This document shows positions 1-7,724 of a stretch of 20,000 nucleotides of DNA, one piece after another. Below the pieces are notes generated by a model that worked only from the letters and a program-made list of their open reading frames with translations, ran no database searches and was not told the origin of the DNA. The DNA comes from an uncultured virus (IMG/VR IMGVR_UViG_3300031965_000010) (Duplodnaviria > Heunggongvirae > Uroviricota > Caudoviricetes). The translations under genes were made by a program, and so were the position numbers. Location: the IMG/VR virus record IMGVR_UViG_3300031965_000010; one strand, 5' to 3'. Within the stretch, counting starts at the first letter, position 1; each line of letters starts with the position of its first letter.

Positions 1-1
1 C

Positions 2-895
2 GGAAAGTGGCTCGATACGGAAGCGCAGGTCGCGAAGGCAGTCATCAACGGCGATGTGGAGTGCAAAGAGAACGAGGTCTCAGTCACTGGAAAAGTCATC
101 CGCAACAACGTGAACGTGTATGCGGAGTGGGTGGAGATGCGTGAGGCGCGAAGGCCGTTGTGGGGTGGGAAGCCAGAGCCGAACAAGGAAGTGGTTTGGC
201 TTTCCGACTACATGATCGAAGCGCTGGAGCAGTGGGCCTCTAAGAACGTGGGAATCGTGTGGGTGGAGAACATCGGATTTCTGGAGAAGCTCCGCGAGCG
301 AGGGAACGTGTGCTTTGGGGCCGGCGAGAATGAGATCGAACTGGAAGACGGATCGCGAAGTGTGTTCGCGTCGTTCGCGCATGCCGTGGGAAAGAATCTC
401 CAGATGTGGTCGCGTATGTGTTTCTCGGCGCCGCTTCAGAGTGGGAAGGCGTGGGAGCAAGCGCTCGCGAGGCAGCATCGACCGGGACAGCTCGCGGACG
501 ACGTTGTTGCGGATGTGTTCCTCGGGTGTCGAGAAACGTGGTGGGCGTTTGAGCGTTCGAAAGCGGACGCTGTGGCGATCGAAGCGACACTCGGTCAGCC
601 ACAGCGCTTAAACAAAGCGACGATTGTTGTGTCGACCACGGAAGATCTTGCGATGTCGTTGTACGACGTAGGTAACCCACTTTGGGCAGCGACTGGTCAC
701 GCGAAGATCGACGGTTCACTTGGCGTGTTGCGTGAGGATGGAACGCGAGAGATTTCTGCGACGCCCACGTTGACGGCGATGTGGGAACGAGTAAAGAACG
801 AGGAGGATGAAGACGATGACGAGTTGAGTGAGTCGAGTTCGAACGATTCGAGTTCAAGTGAGTTGGATGAAGACGTCGACGACGGCGTCGAGTAG
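2..895 (+). CDS. SF2 (SNF2-like) helicase, C-terminal part (5'-truncated by window)
   Basis: Frame is open from position 2. Motif V-like GKNLQ and motif VI-like WEQALARQHRPGQ; long acidic C-terminal tail; replication gene context. Confidence 0.8.
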   Translation, partial: GKWLDTEAQVAKAVINGDVECKENEVSVTGKVIRNNVNVYAEWVEMREARRPLWGGKPEPNKEVVWLSDYMIEALEQWASKNVGIVWVENIGFLEKLRERGNVCFGAGENEIELEDGSRSVFASFAHAVGKNLQMWSRMCFSAPLQSGKAWEQALARQHRPGQLADDVVADVFLGCRETWWAFERSKADAVAIEATLGQPQRLNKATIVVSTTEDLAMSLYDVGNPLWAATGHAKIDGSLGVLREDGTREISATPTLTAMWERVKNEEDEDDDELSESSSNDSSSSELDEDVDDGVE

Positions 896-929
896 TAAAG
901 TAGATAGCTGAAAAACAACAAAGAAAGAG

Positions 930-938
930 TGGTATACT
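930..938 (+). promoter_or_regulatory. Candidate extended -10 element (TGGTATACT)
   Basis: TGnTATACT preceded by an A-rich tract in the 896-938 gap. No clear -35. If used, the SSB start would be ATG976. Confidence 0.4.
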
Positions 939-1463
939 GTGGGAGCATTCGACCGTTTTCGTGACAGTGAAATTATGGGCGTTCGTCAGTACATCGAGCC
1001 AGGCAAGCACAGATTGCTCGTCAAGAGAGCTTCGATGGGTCCTTCCAAAAACCCCGAGAAGAAAAAGCTGAATCAGGAAAACACGATCATCGAGTTCAAG
1101 ATCGTTCGTAGCGACACGATGAAGGTCGGGAGCGTGTGCAACCTAGTCGAGGTGAGCACCGCGCAAGGCTACGAAGGCAACGTGTTGTTGGTGACGGCAG
1201 GTATCCTAGGATACGAAGTTGAGAAGATGCGCAAAGATCCAGCTTTTGATTCTATTTTCGAAGCTGCGTTCGGTGAGGAACAGATCTTTTGCGGAATGTG
1301 TGTCGACGTGGTCGCTCAGCAGGTGAAGACGACGAAGGGAGGCGACTACACGGCGAAGACGTGGGAGCCGGTCCTCGCTTCGGAGTACGAAGAGGACGGC
1401 CTCATCGCCCCTGACGGCGCGTACACGGGTCCGGAAGACGACGGCGAAGAAGCCGCCGCGTAA
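939..1463 (+). CDS. Putative single-stranded DNA-binding protein (OB-fold, DUF669/gp2.5-like)
   Basis: EPGKHRLLVK...IIEFKIV...KTTKGGDY beta-rich pattern, acidic C-terminus (EDDGEEAAA), lies between helicase and polymerase. Start is GTG939 or ATG976. Confidence 0.6.
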   Translation: MGAFDRFRDSEIMGVRQYIEPGKHRLLVKRASMGPSKNPEKKKLNQENTIIEFKIVRSDTMKVGSVCNLVEVSTAQGYEGNVLLVTAGILGYEVEKMRKDPAFDSIFEAAFGEEQIFCGMCVDVVAQQVKTTKGGDYTAKTWEPVLASEYEEDGLIAPDGAYTGPEDDGEEAAA

Positions 1464-1469
1464 AACTCG

Positions 1470-1553
1470 GGCGCGCATCGTCGTTCCTCCTTGAGCGATG
1501 CGCGTTGAAAGCGGTGTAGGACCGAGCCGCGAGAAATCGGTCCCCCTTCGGGG
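1470..1553 (+). ncRNA. Structured RNA element (hairpin + H-type pseudoknot + UUCG hairpin), family not recognised
   Basis: Stem 1470-1480/1496-1506 (9 WC + 2 GU); pseudoknot S1 GCGGU 1511-1515/GCCGC 1526-1530, S2 GGACCGA 1519-1525/UCGGUCC 1537-1543; CCC-UUCG-GGG 1544-1553. Confidence 0.6.
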
Positions 1554-1626
1554 TCACGTTCGTTCACGGGAACACAGTTCGTTCAACGACAACAGACAGA
1601 CACATCGAGGCGGGAAGAGGAGAGCC

Positions 1627-1893
1627 ATGGATTTCATCATCGATAGGGTTAGCAAGTGGATCGGCAGAGAGGTCGTGTTGGAGGGAATCTTCCCGATTCC
1701 TGTCCCGAGTCAGACCGGGATGCAGGTGATTTACTCTCCGATCAAAGGAAAGCTCGTCGGCGTCTACAAAGACGGTTTCGAGTTGATGGAAGACGGCGAC
1801 GGAGAGCCGACGCTCTACCCGAGCAAAAACATCCGCAGCATTCACCCGATTAGCGAAATCGCTCGCGTCAAACCGAACCGTCTCATTACCTGA
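1627..1893 (+). CDS. Small Sm/Hfq/LSm-fold protein (88 aa)
   Basis: SD GAGGAG before ATG1627. Helix then IGREVVLE...IKGKLVGVYKDGFEL (Sm1-like) and TLYPSKNIRSIHP (Sm2-like). Confidence 0.6.
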   Translation: MDFIIDRVSKWIGREVVLEGIFPIPVPSQTGMQVIYSPIKGKLVGVYKDGFELMEDGDGEPTLYPSKNIRSIHPISEIARVKPNRLIT

Positions 1894-1947
1894 CTCACTG
1901 ATTTCATCCCAACCACACAGGCGGGCCTTCACCCGCGAGGAGCGTAA

Positions 1948-2733
1948 ATGGCTGCGAAGAAAGCAAAGAAGAGCGCGTCACGTAAGGCAGCGAAACCCGC
2001 TAGAGCACCGAAGCCGTCGAAGCCTTCGAAGCTATCGAAGCCATCTAAGCCGCCGAAGGTCACGATCGTAGATGCGGACGTGCTGCGGGCGCGTTTGCGT
2101 GCTGCGTCAGTTCGTCCGCTCGACGAATACGATCGGAAACACGCCAGCGGCGTTGTGCTCATGCAGCGGACGCTCGACGGCGATGACGACCCGGTGAAAG
2201 TAGGCGCGCATCCGATCTTTCACGATCTAGAACGCATGGAAGCTCTCGCGCAGACGGCGCATCGTTGCGGAAGCGACGATGACATCGCGGTGTTGTATCG
2301 ACTTCTGACCGATGCGCATGAACGGCTTGCCGAAGCAGTGGATACGTCCGAGGCCGACGAGCTTCGTGAGCAGCTCGAAGCGAAGGACGTGGAGATCGAC
2401 GACGCGCACAAAGAAGCGAACGAGTTTGAGAAAGACAACGAGAAGCTCACGAAGGAAATCGAAACGCTGAAGGAAAAGTTGACGGAGGAAACCGCTGCGC
2501 TGAACGAAGCGCTCTCTAACGCAAATCGCTTAGCGGCGCTCTACGAAAACGCCCCTTCGAAAGAGCTGCTCGCCGTCGCAGAGGCACGCTGTGCCGAGTT
2601 GGCGGAGGTGGAGCCGCTCGCGATGGCTTTCGCTGTGCTGTGCAGCGTTGGCCTAGAGCACTACACAGGCGTGCTCGATGACGAACAGTTTGCGACAATT
2701 AAAGCCGCGAGCGTGCTCTTGGGTGCGGAATGA
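1948..2733 (+). CDS. Hypothetical protein: Lys/Ala/Pro-rich N-terminal tail plus coiled coil
   Basis: SD GAGGAG; MAAKKAKKSASRKAAKP...(KPS)n; heptad-rich acidic central region. Confidence 0.75.
   Translation: MAAKKAKKSASRKAAKPARAPKPSKPSKLSKPSKPPKVTIVDADVLRARLRAASVRPLDEYDRKHASGVVLMQRTLDGDDDPVKVGAHPIFHDLERMEALAQTAHRCGSDDDIAVLYRLLTDAHERLAEAVDTSEADELREQLEAKDVEIDDAHKEANEFEKDNEKLTKEIETLKEKLTEETAALNEALSNANRLAALYENAPSKELLAVAEARCAELAEVEPLAMAFAVLCSVGLEHYTGVLDDEQFATIKAASVLLGAE
2011..2055 (+). repeat. Five degenerate in-frame 9-nt repeats (KPS/KLS/KPP)
   Basis: aagccgtcg aagccttcg aagctatcg aagccatct aagccgccg. Confidence 0.8.
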
Positions 2734-2981
2734 CGACGCCGTTTCAGTTCAAGGTCGGGGATGCGGTGCGGGTTCATTTCCCTGACGAACCTCGCGCGGT
2801 CGATGCTGGGAAGACGGTAACGGCGAAAATCGACAGCGTTAGACACTCGGAATATCCGTACGCCGTGACGTGGGTTCGGGAAGGCCGCGAGCTTCGACGT
2901 CTCTGTAGGTCGGACTGGTTGGAGCGCCGGACCGTTTCGGCGGGGCAGTTATCTTTGCTTGAGATCGGTGGTGTTCCGTGA
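2730..2981 (+). CDS. Small SH3/Tudor-like beta-barrel hypothetical protein
   Basis: FKVGDAVRV...AKIDSV...YAVTW pattern; ATGA and GTGA overlaps with both neighbours. Confidence 0.65.
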   Translation: MTTPFQFKVGDAVRVHFPDEPRAVDAGKTVTAKIDSVRHSEYPYAVTWVREGRELRRLCRSDWLERRTVSAGQLSLLEIGGVP

Positions 2982-3583
2982 GCGACTGCATCAACACCTT
3001 TACGGGCAAGGCGTTCGCTCCGTTGAACCCTAGAGTCGAGGACATCGACATCGAAGACATCGCGCACGCGCTTTCGAACATGTGTCGATTTACGGGTCAC
3101 ACGCGGGACTTCTTCTCGGTAGCAGAGCACTCCTGCTACGTACACGACGTCATCGAGAAACGTTTCATTGCGGGCGGCGAGGTCTCCGAGGAAGAGTACC
3201 GCAGCCAAGAGAACACGCTTCGATGGGCTCTCCTCCACGATGCGGCGGAAGGATTTTTGATCGACGTCGCGCGCCCCGTGAAGAGGCAGCCGCAGATGGC
3301 GTTCTACAGAGAAGCGGAGGACAAGCTCCTCACGTGCATCGCGCGGCGATTCAAAATGTCGGGCGACGCCCCGCCGCCTGTCGTACAGGAAGTCGACACG
3401 AAGATTTGCGTGAATGAAGCTCGACGATTGCTGCCGAGAATGCGGGAAGATCTCTGGGCAGGTCGCGAAGGTCTGGACGAGGAAGAATTCTCCGCCGTGG
3501 TGAAGGGGTTGGGACACCACCCGCCGATCGCAAAAATGCGATTTCTTCATCGCTTCAACCGGCTGTTTGACGGGGAGATCTGA
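2978..3583 (+). CDS. HD-domain phosphohydrolase, YfdR/YfbR-like 5'-deoxynucleotidase
   Basis: TFTGK..F.PLNP...DIEDIAHALSNMCRFTGH, FSVAEHS, WALLHDAAE..IDVARPVK family signature. Confidence 0.88.
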   Translation: MSDCINTFTGKAFAPLNPRVEDIDIEDIAHALSNMCRFTGHTRDFFSVAEHSCYVHDVIEKRFIAGGEVSEEEYRSQENTLRWALLHDAAEGFLIDVARPVKRQPQMAFYREAEDKLLTCIARRFKMSGDAPPPVVQEVDTKICVNEARRLLPRMREDLWAGREGLDEEEFSAVVKGLGHHPPIAKMRFLHRFNRLFDGEI

Positions 3584-3585
3584 AA

Positions 3586-5937
3586 ATGGGAATCGCTGGA
3601 CGTCTCGCGGCTATGAAAGCCGCAGCGGAATCCCGTGGGCCGCTCGACCCGGCGACGGGGGAGCCTCCTGGCGTAGTGGACGACGGCGAATTCGCCGACC
3701 TGCGAAGAAACACACGCGTTTCAGTGCTACCGCCGTTGAGGAACGGCGAGGTGGTTTTTTCCAAGTCACCCGAAGAGCGAGCGACGATTGCGGATGGGTG
3801 CGCGGGTTTAGACTGCGAGACTTTCCTCATACAGCCGGGGCGAGCTGTTCCCAGACTCGTCGTCACGGGTTACCAAAAGGCGGACGGCACTCAGCAGATC
3901 GTGACGGGAGATCCGAGCGACCCAACGATTCACGCGCGTTCTTTTTTGTCGTTCACGGAGCACATCGTCGAGAACGCTCTGTCGAAATTGAAGTCGGTCG
4001 ACGGTAAAGAGGTCGTCGCGCTCGAACGCGTTGGAGACGGTGTTGGCGGTTTACTGATCAACCAAAATATTGCGTTCGACTTTAGTGCAATCGCGGAAGA
4101 CGCTCATCAGCGGGACGTAGCGCTGGGACTCGTGGGATCGGACGAGTCGTGGTTCGAGCGAGTGATGCAGAGAATTTTCGAGCTTCTGGATCTACGTGTC
4201 GTCGAGGACAATGCGCTCAGGGAGCGCTTGCTGGATTTGGCAGAAGGATCATTGGGTAAGGATTTTTCGGACCTCACCAAAGATGGGAACCCGAGGCGCA
4301 AGGGCTACAACTTAAAGAGCATGGGCAAGCAGTACTTCAACGTCGATCTCGACAAACTTTCGTGGCGTACGTCGTATTCCAGACTCGTTGACAAACCCTT
4401 GAGCGAGTACGCGGACGGCGCCATCAACTACGTGACGGAAGACGTTGAAACGGCGCTGCACGTCGCAGCCAGGCAGACACGTCGAGCGCAGATGGCCGGA
4501 CTTCCACCCGGCGCACGTATTCCGGATGCCGCTCAACAGAGCAAATACGCGTTCGCTTTGAATCTCGTTTCCGCTTGGGGGATGAGAACAGATTTGTCGA
4601 AGGTGCAAAAACTAGACGCAGACCTCGATTCGCTTTCTCGACAAATGCTTGGCCTACTCAAAGACCACGGACTCGTCCGCTCGACAGGGCGAGACGCTGG
4701 ATCGAGAGACATGAAGAAAATCCACAAGCTCGTGGAGGAGTGTTACGAAGAAGCGAGACTGCCGGTCCCACGCACCAAAAAGGGAAACATTTCCACGGCG
4801 GGTAGTGTCCTGGAAGATATCGCTCTCATACAGTCGAGAGGTTCCGCAAAAGAGGTACTGGACAAAGAGGGTCGACTCGTCGAGGACGATCTTTTCAAAC
4901 TGCCTCTATACGCGCTTAGTCAATACACGTCAGTCGAGAAGTTGATTTCAACGTATCTGCCCACACTGTACGCGGGGGCGCAGCATCCGATAAATACGAG
5001 GTATCAGACCGTTCTAGAAACAGGACGCGTTTCGTCAAGTAAACCCAACCTCAACAACATGCCGCGAGGCGGTACCAAAACCCTACTACTAAGATTGCAA
5101 AGCCGCGTGAGGCAATGCTTCGTACCGAGACCGGGGTTCCTGTTGTCGAGCTGTGACTACAACCAGCTCGAACTGGCGTGCCTGTCACAGTTGATGTTGT
5201 GGTATTTCGGCGAGTCGAAGATGGCGGATGCCATCAACGCAGGTCTGGATCTGCACATGCTGTTTGCTGCGGAGCAGCTTCTGCACATCCCCTACGAAGA
5301 GGCAATGCGTAGGAAAAAAGATAAGGAAGTAGCCGATCTCAGACAAATGGCGAAAGTTGCCAATTTTTCCCTCGGCGGAGGCGCTGGCCCTAACTCCTTG
5401 GTCAAAATGGCGGCGGCTTCTTACGGTGTCTACCTGACAGTAGATGAGGCAAAAGAACTTAAAGAAAAGTGGTTAAACCAGTGGCAGATGCGGGGGTACT
5501 TTAGACTGATTTCCTCCATGTTGCGAGATTTCGATGACCGGGGAGATCCAGTAGGCTCGATCGAACAATTCATCAGCGGGCGCGTGCGAGGCGGCGCGCG
5601 TTATTGTGCCCTCGCAAACCAGGGCTTTCAAGCATTAGGTGCAGACGGTTCGCTCAGCGCATTGTATGAGCTTCAGAAGGCTTCGTATTTGCGTAAAGGT
5701 CCTCTCTACGGGTCGAGATGTGTCGGGTATTTCTATGATGAGACGTTGTTCGAGTTTCCCGAAGATCGAGCGGCCGAATACGCCGAGATTCAGACGAACG
5801 TCATGAAGGAAGTGATGCAGCAACACACGCCAGGTGTGAAGATCAGCGCGTCACCCGCTTTGATGACTTGTTGGGCCAAAGAAGCGGAAGCCGTCTACGA
5901 CAAGAATGGAAAACTCTGTGTGTGGGAGGCAAAGTGA
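3586..5937 (+). CDS. polA: Family A DNA polymerase with 3'-5' exonuclease, no 5'-3' exonuclease domain
   Basis: ExoI DCET, ExoII NIAFD, ExoIII YVTED; TGRVSSSKPNLNNMPR; motif A DYNQLEL; motif B RQMAKVANF; NQGFQALGAD; motif C YDE. Confidence 0.95.
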   Translation: MGIAGRLAAMKAAAESRGPLDPATGEPPGVVDDGEFADLRRNTRVSVLPPLRNGEVVFSKSPEERATIADGCAGLDCETFLIQPGRAVPRLVVTGYQKADGTQQIVTGDPSDPTIHARSFLSFTEHIVENALSKLKSVDGKEVVALERVGDGVGGLLINQNIAFDFSAIAEDAHQRDVALGLVGSDESWFERVMQRIFELLDLRVVEDNALRERLLDLAEGSLGKDFSDLTKDGNPRRKGYNLKSMGKQYFNVDLDKLSWRTSYSRLVDKPLSEYADGAINYVTEDVETALHVAARQTRRAQMAGLPPGARIPDAAQQSKYAFALNLVSAWGMRTDLSKVQKLDADLDSLSRQMLGLLKDHGLVRSTGRDAGSRDMKKIHKLVEECYEEARLPVPRTKKGNISTAGSVLEDIALIQSRGSAKEVLDKEGRLVEDDLFKLPLYALSQYTSVEKLISTYLPTLYAGAQHPINTRYQTVLETGRVSSSKPNLNNMPRGGTKTLLLRLQSRVRQCFVPRPGFLLSSCDYNQLELACLSQLMLWYFGESKMADAINAGLDLHMLFAAEQLLHIPYEEAMRRKKDKEVADLRQMAKVANFSLGGGAGPNSLVKMAAASYGVYLTVDEAKELKEKWLNQWQMRGYFRLISSMLRDFDDRGDPVGSIEQFISGRVRGGARYCALANQGFQALGADGSLSALYELQKASYLRKGPLYGSRCVGYFYDETLFEFPEDRAAEYAEIQTNVMKEVMQQHTPGVKISASPALMTCWAKEAEAVYDKNGKLCVWEAK

Positions 5938-6932
5938 GACAGTCGTCGAGTTGGGCGCAGCAAGGGTTCTGTCGGGGGTGCGGCGGCGTCAGAGATACAG
6001 AGCGCGTGCGTTGCACACTCTGTGTCGCGCGGGAAAAGGCGTTACGAGACGCGAGGGATCGTTCGATTCCGTTACCGATTCCCGTAGAAGTTGCGGAACG
6101 GTTCTGGAAGTACGTAGGCGATCGACCGGAAGACCCTAACGCATGTTGGGATTGGATCGGCGCTCTGGACTACAAGGGATACGGTCAGATTTCAGTTGCG
6201 GGTCGACAGCGCCGAACACATCGAATCGCATACATGATGGCGTACGGCGCGATTCCGGATGGGTTGAGTGTTTGTCACAAGTGCGATCGTCGTTGTTGTG
6301 TTCGTGCATCTCACTATTTTCTCGGAACGAACGCAGACAACACAGCGGACATGATCGCGAAGGGTAGAAACAGGATTCCCGATGGGACGCTGACTTCAGG
6401 TGAAGACAACTGGAATCACAGGCTCACTGACGAGATCGTCATTGATATTCGTAGGCGTATTCGTAGCGGCGAAAAAGGTGTCGATCTGGCTCGCGAATTA
6501 GGTGTCAGTCGGGCCACGATTAGCGAGGCAAAAAACGGACGTCTGTGGGATCACGTGAACCACATCGAACCTCCGCTGGAGCCCCACAACCGCTATGGTC
6601 GGCCCCCGGACCCGCCCAAGGACGATTTGGTTGGGCGAACGTTCGGCTCGTACAACGTCGTCGAGTACATAGCTGGTTCGAGACCGGCTTCGTATATGTG
6701 TCGATGTGTTTGCGGCAGGGTTAGAAAAGTCGTCGCGTGTAACCTCAAGAACGGGAATTCGAAGTCCTGCGGTTGTGTACGAAAGCCCCGTGGGAAAAAC
6801 AAAACAGCAGTTGTCACGACGGTAGAACCGACCATCGTGGAGGTTGAGACGGTCCGCATTGCAAATCGACGTCCTTCGCCCGCCAGCATGAGATTCCGTT
6901 TCATTAGAGAGCGAATGAACCGGAGCGAATGA
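5934..6932 (+). CDS. Free-standing HNH (HNH_3-type) homing endonuclease with several DNA-binding modules
   Basis: GTG5934 overlaps the polA stop. CWDWIG...GYGQ...HRIAY...VCHKCD..CCV...H.FLGTNADN; HTH LARELGVSRATIS; C-terminal DLVGRTFG...CRCVCG...KSCGC module. Confidence 0.88.
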   Translation: MRQSSSWAQQGFCRGCGGVRDTERVRCTLCVAREKALRDARDRSIPLPIPVEVAERFWKYVGDRPEDPNACWDWIGALDYKGYGQISVAGRQRRTHRIAYMMAYGAIPDGLSVCHKCDRRCCVRASHYFLGTNADNTADMIAKGRNRIPDGTLTSGEDNWNHRLTDEIVIDIRRRIRSGEKGVDLARELGVSRATISEAKNGRLWDHVNHIEPPLEPHNRYGRPPDPPKDDLVGRTFGSYNVVEYIAGSRPASYMCRCVCGRVRKVVACNLKNGNSKSCGCVRKPRGKNKTAVVTTVEPTIVEVETVRIANRRPSPASMRFRFIRERMNRSE

Positions 6933-6942
6933 ACCGGAGCGA
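6909..6942 (+). repeat. 14-bp tandem duplication (2.4 copies)
   Basis: gagcgaatgaaccg gagcgaatgaaccg gagcga spanning the HNH stop codon. Confidence 0.9.
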
Positions 6943-6950
6943 TTGAGATC

Positions 6951-6979
6951 TTGCTACCAGGCCCGACGTGCTGTAGCAT
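6951..6979 (+). promoter_or_regulatory. Candidate sigma70-type promoter for orn and downstream genes
   Basis: TTGCTA-17 nt-TAGCAT, followed by SD AGGAG and ATG7008. Confidence 0.5.
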
Positions 6980-7007
6980 CCGCCCGGCCCCTCATAGGAG
7001 AAAACGA

Positions 7008-7724
7008 ATGCGTATTTTTGTGCTGGACCTCGAGACTTCCGGGTTGAACGCGACCCCGAACGCAATCCAACCGAACGAGTTCGTGGAGCATCGTCCTGGC
7101 GTAGACCCGGACTGCATCCTGGAGATCGGTCTCGTGGTGCTCAATGCGGATACGCTCGAAGTCGAGCACGCATACGCGCAAGGCTTGTACCCACCGGGCG
7201 TGGAGGACGTCGAAGATTTCGACCGTTGGACGACACAGTTGCGCGAGAAGAACGCGTTTGTGTATGGCATGCACGCTGAGTCGGGGCTGTTCGCGGACAT
7301 TCGCCGCTCATTCGAACCAGGCTTTCTCGGACTCCGAACTCTCGAAGAGTCGGAGAAGAACCTGTGCAAGCTCGTGGAGCGATTCTCGGAGCGCGCGAAA
7401 ATCAAAGACGCAGGTCCGATCCACCCCGGAAACTCTGACGTCATGCTCGTCGGAAATTCGATCAGTAACCTCGATATTCCGATGCTCCGTTTGTGGATGC
7501 CGGAGTTTCACAAGATGCTGAGCTACAGGATCATGGATGTGAGCGTGCTTCGTAGCTTCTACCAAGATCTGTCGAAGGTAGCGCTGCCGGAAGGTCTCGC
7601 GGAGAGAATCAAATCCGGTACCGGCCGTAGTGGCGGGAGACTGCATCGCGCACTCGACGATGCGAAACACTGCGCGGAGGCGTTGCGCGAGTGTGTCGCG
7701 TACGCGAGGTCGTTTGTGAGATGA
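7008..7724 (+). CDS. orn: Oligoribonuclease (Orn-like DEDDh exonuclease)
   Basis: LDLETSGL, ILEIG, MHAESGL, GNSI..LD...MPE....LSYRIMDVS, HRALDD match the Orn pattern; SD AGGAG. Confidence 0.85.
   Translation: MRIFVLDLETSGLNATPNAIQPNEFVEHRPGVDPDCILEIGLVVLNADTLEVEHAYAQGLYPPGVEDVEDFDRWTTQLREKNAFVYGMHAESGLFADIRRSFEPGFLGLRTLEESEKNLCKLVERFSERAKIKDAGPIHPGNSDVMLVGNSISNLDIPMLRLWMPEFHKMLSYRIMDVSVLRSFYQDLSKVALPEGLAERIKSGTGRSGGRLHRALDDAKHCAEALRECVAYARSFVR

Noticed and set aside
1461..1543. Frameshift or readthrough fusing the SSB gene to the Sm-like ORF via the pseudoknot
   Set aside because: No slippery heptamer at a suitable distance; in-frame readthrough of TAA1461 meets TGA at 1506-1508. ATG1498 is buried in a stem, while ATG1627 has a strong SD.
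1464..1626. tmRNA, HDV-like ribozyme or known pseudoknot riboswitch (preQ1, SAM-II, guanidine-III, fluoride)
   Set aside because: No tRNA-like ends or T-arm/CCA, the HDV P1-P2-P3 order is not satisfied, and the conserved ligand-binding nucleotides I know are absent.
2978..5937. Z-genome (DatZ/DpoZ) cassette
   Set aside because: The HD protein is YfdR-type rather than DatZ-like, no purZ is in the window, and the polymerase motifs do not resemble DpoZ as I recall it.
3586..6932. Intron or intein in polA
   Set aside because: All polymerase motifs are in one continuous ORF with normal spacing; the HNH lies after the stop.
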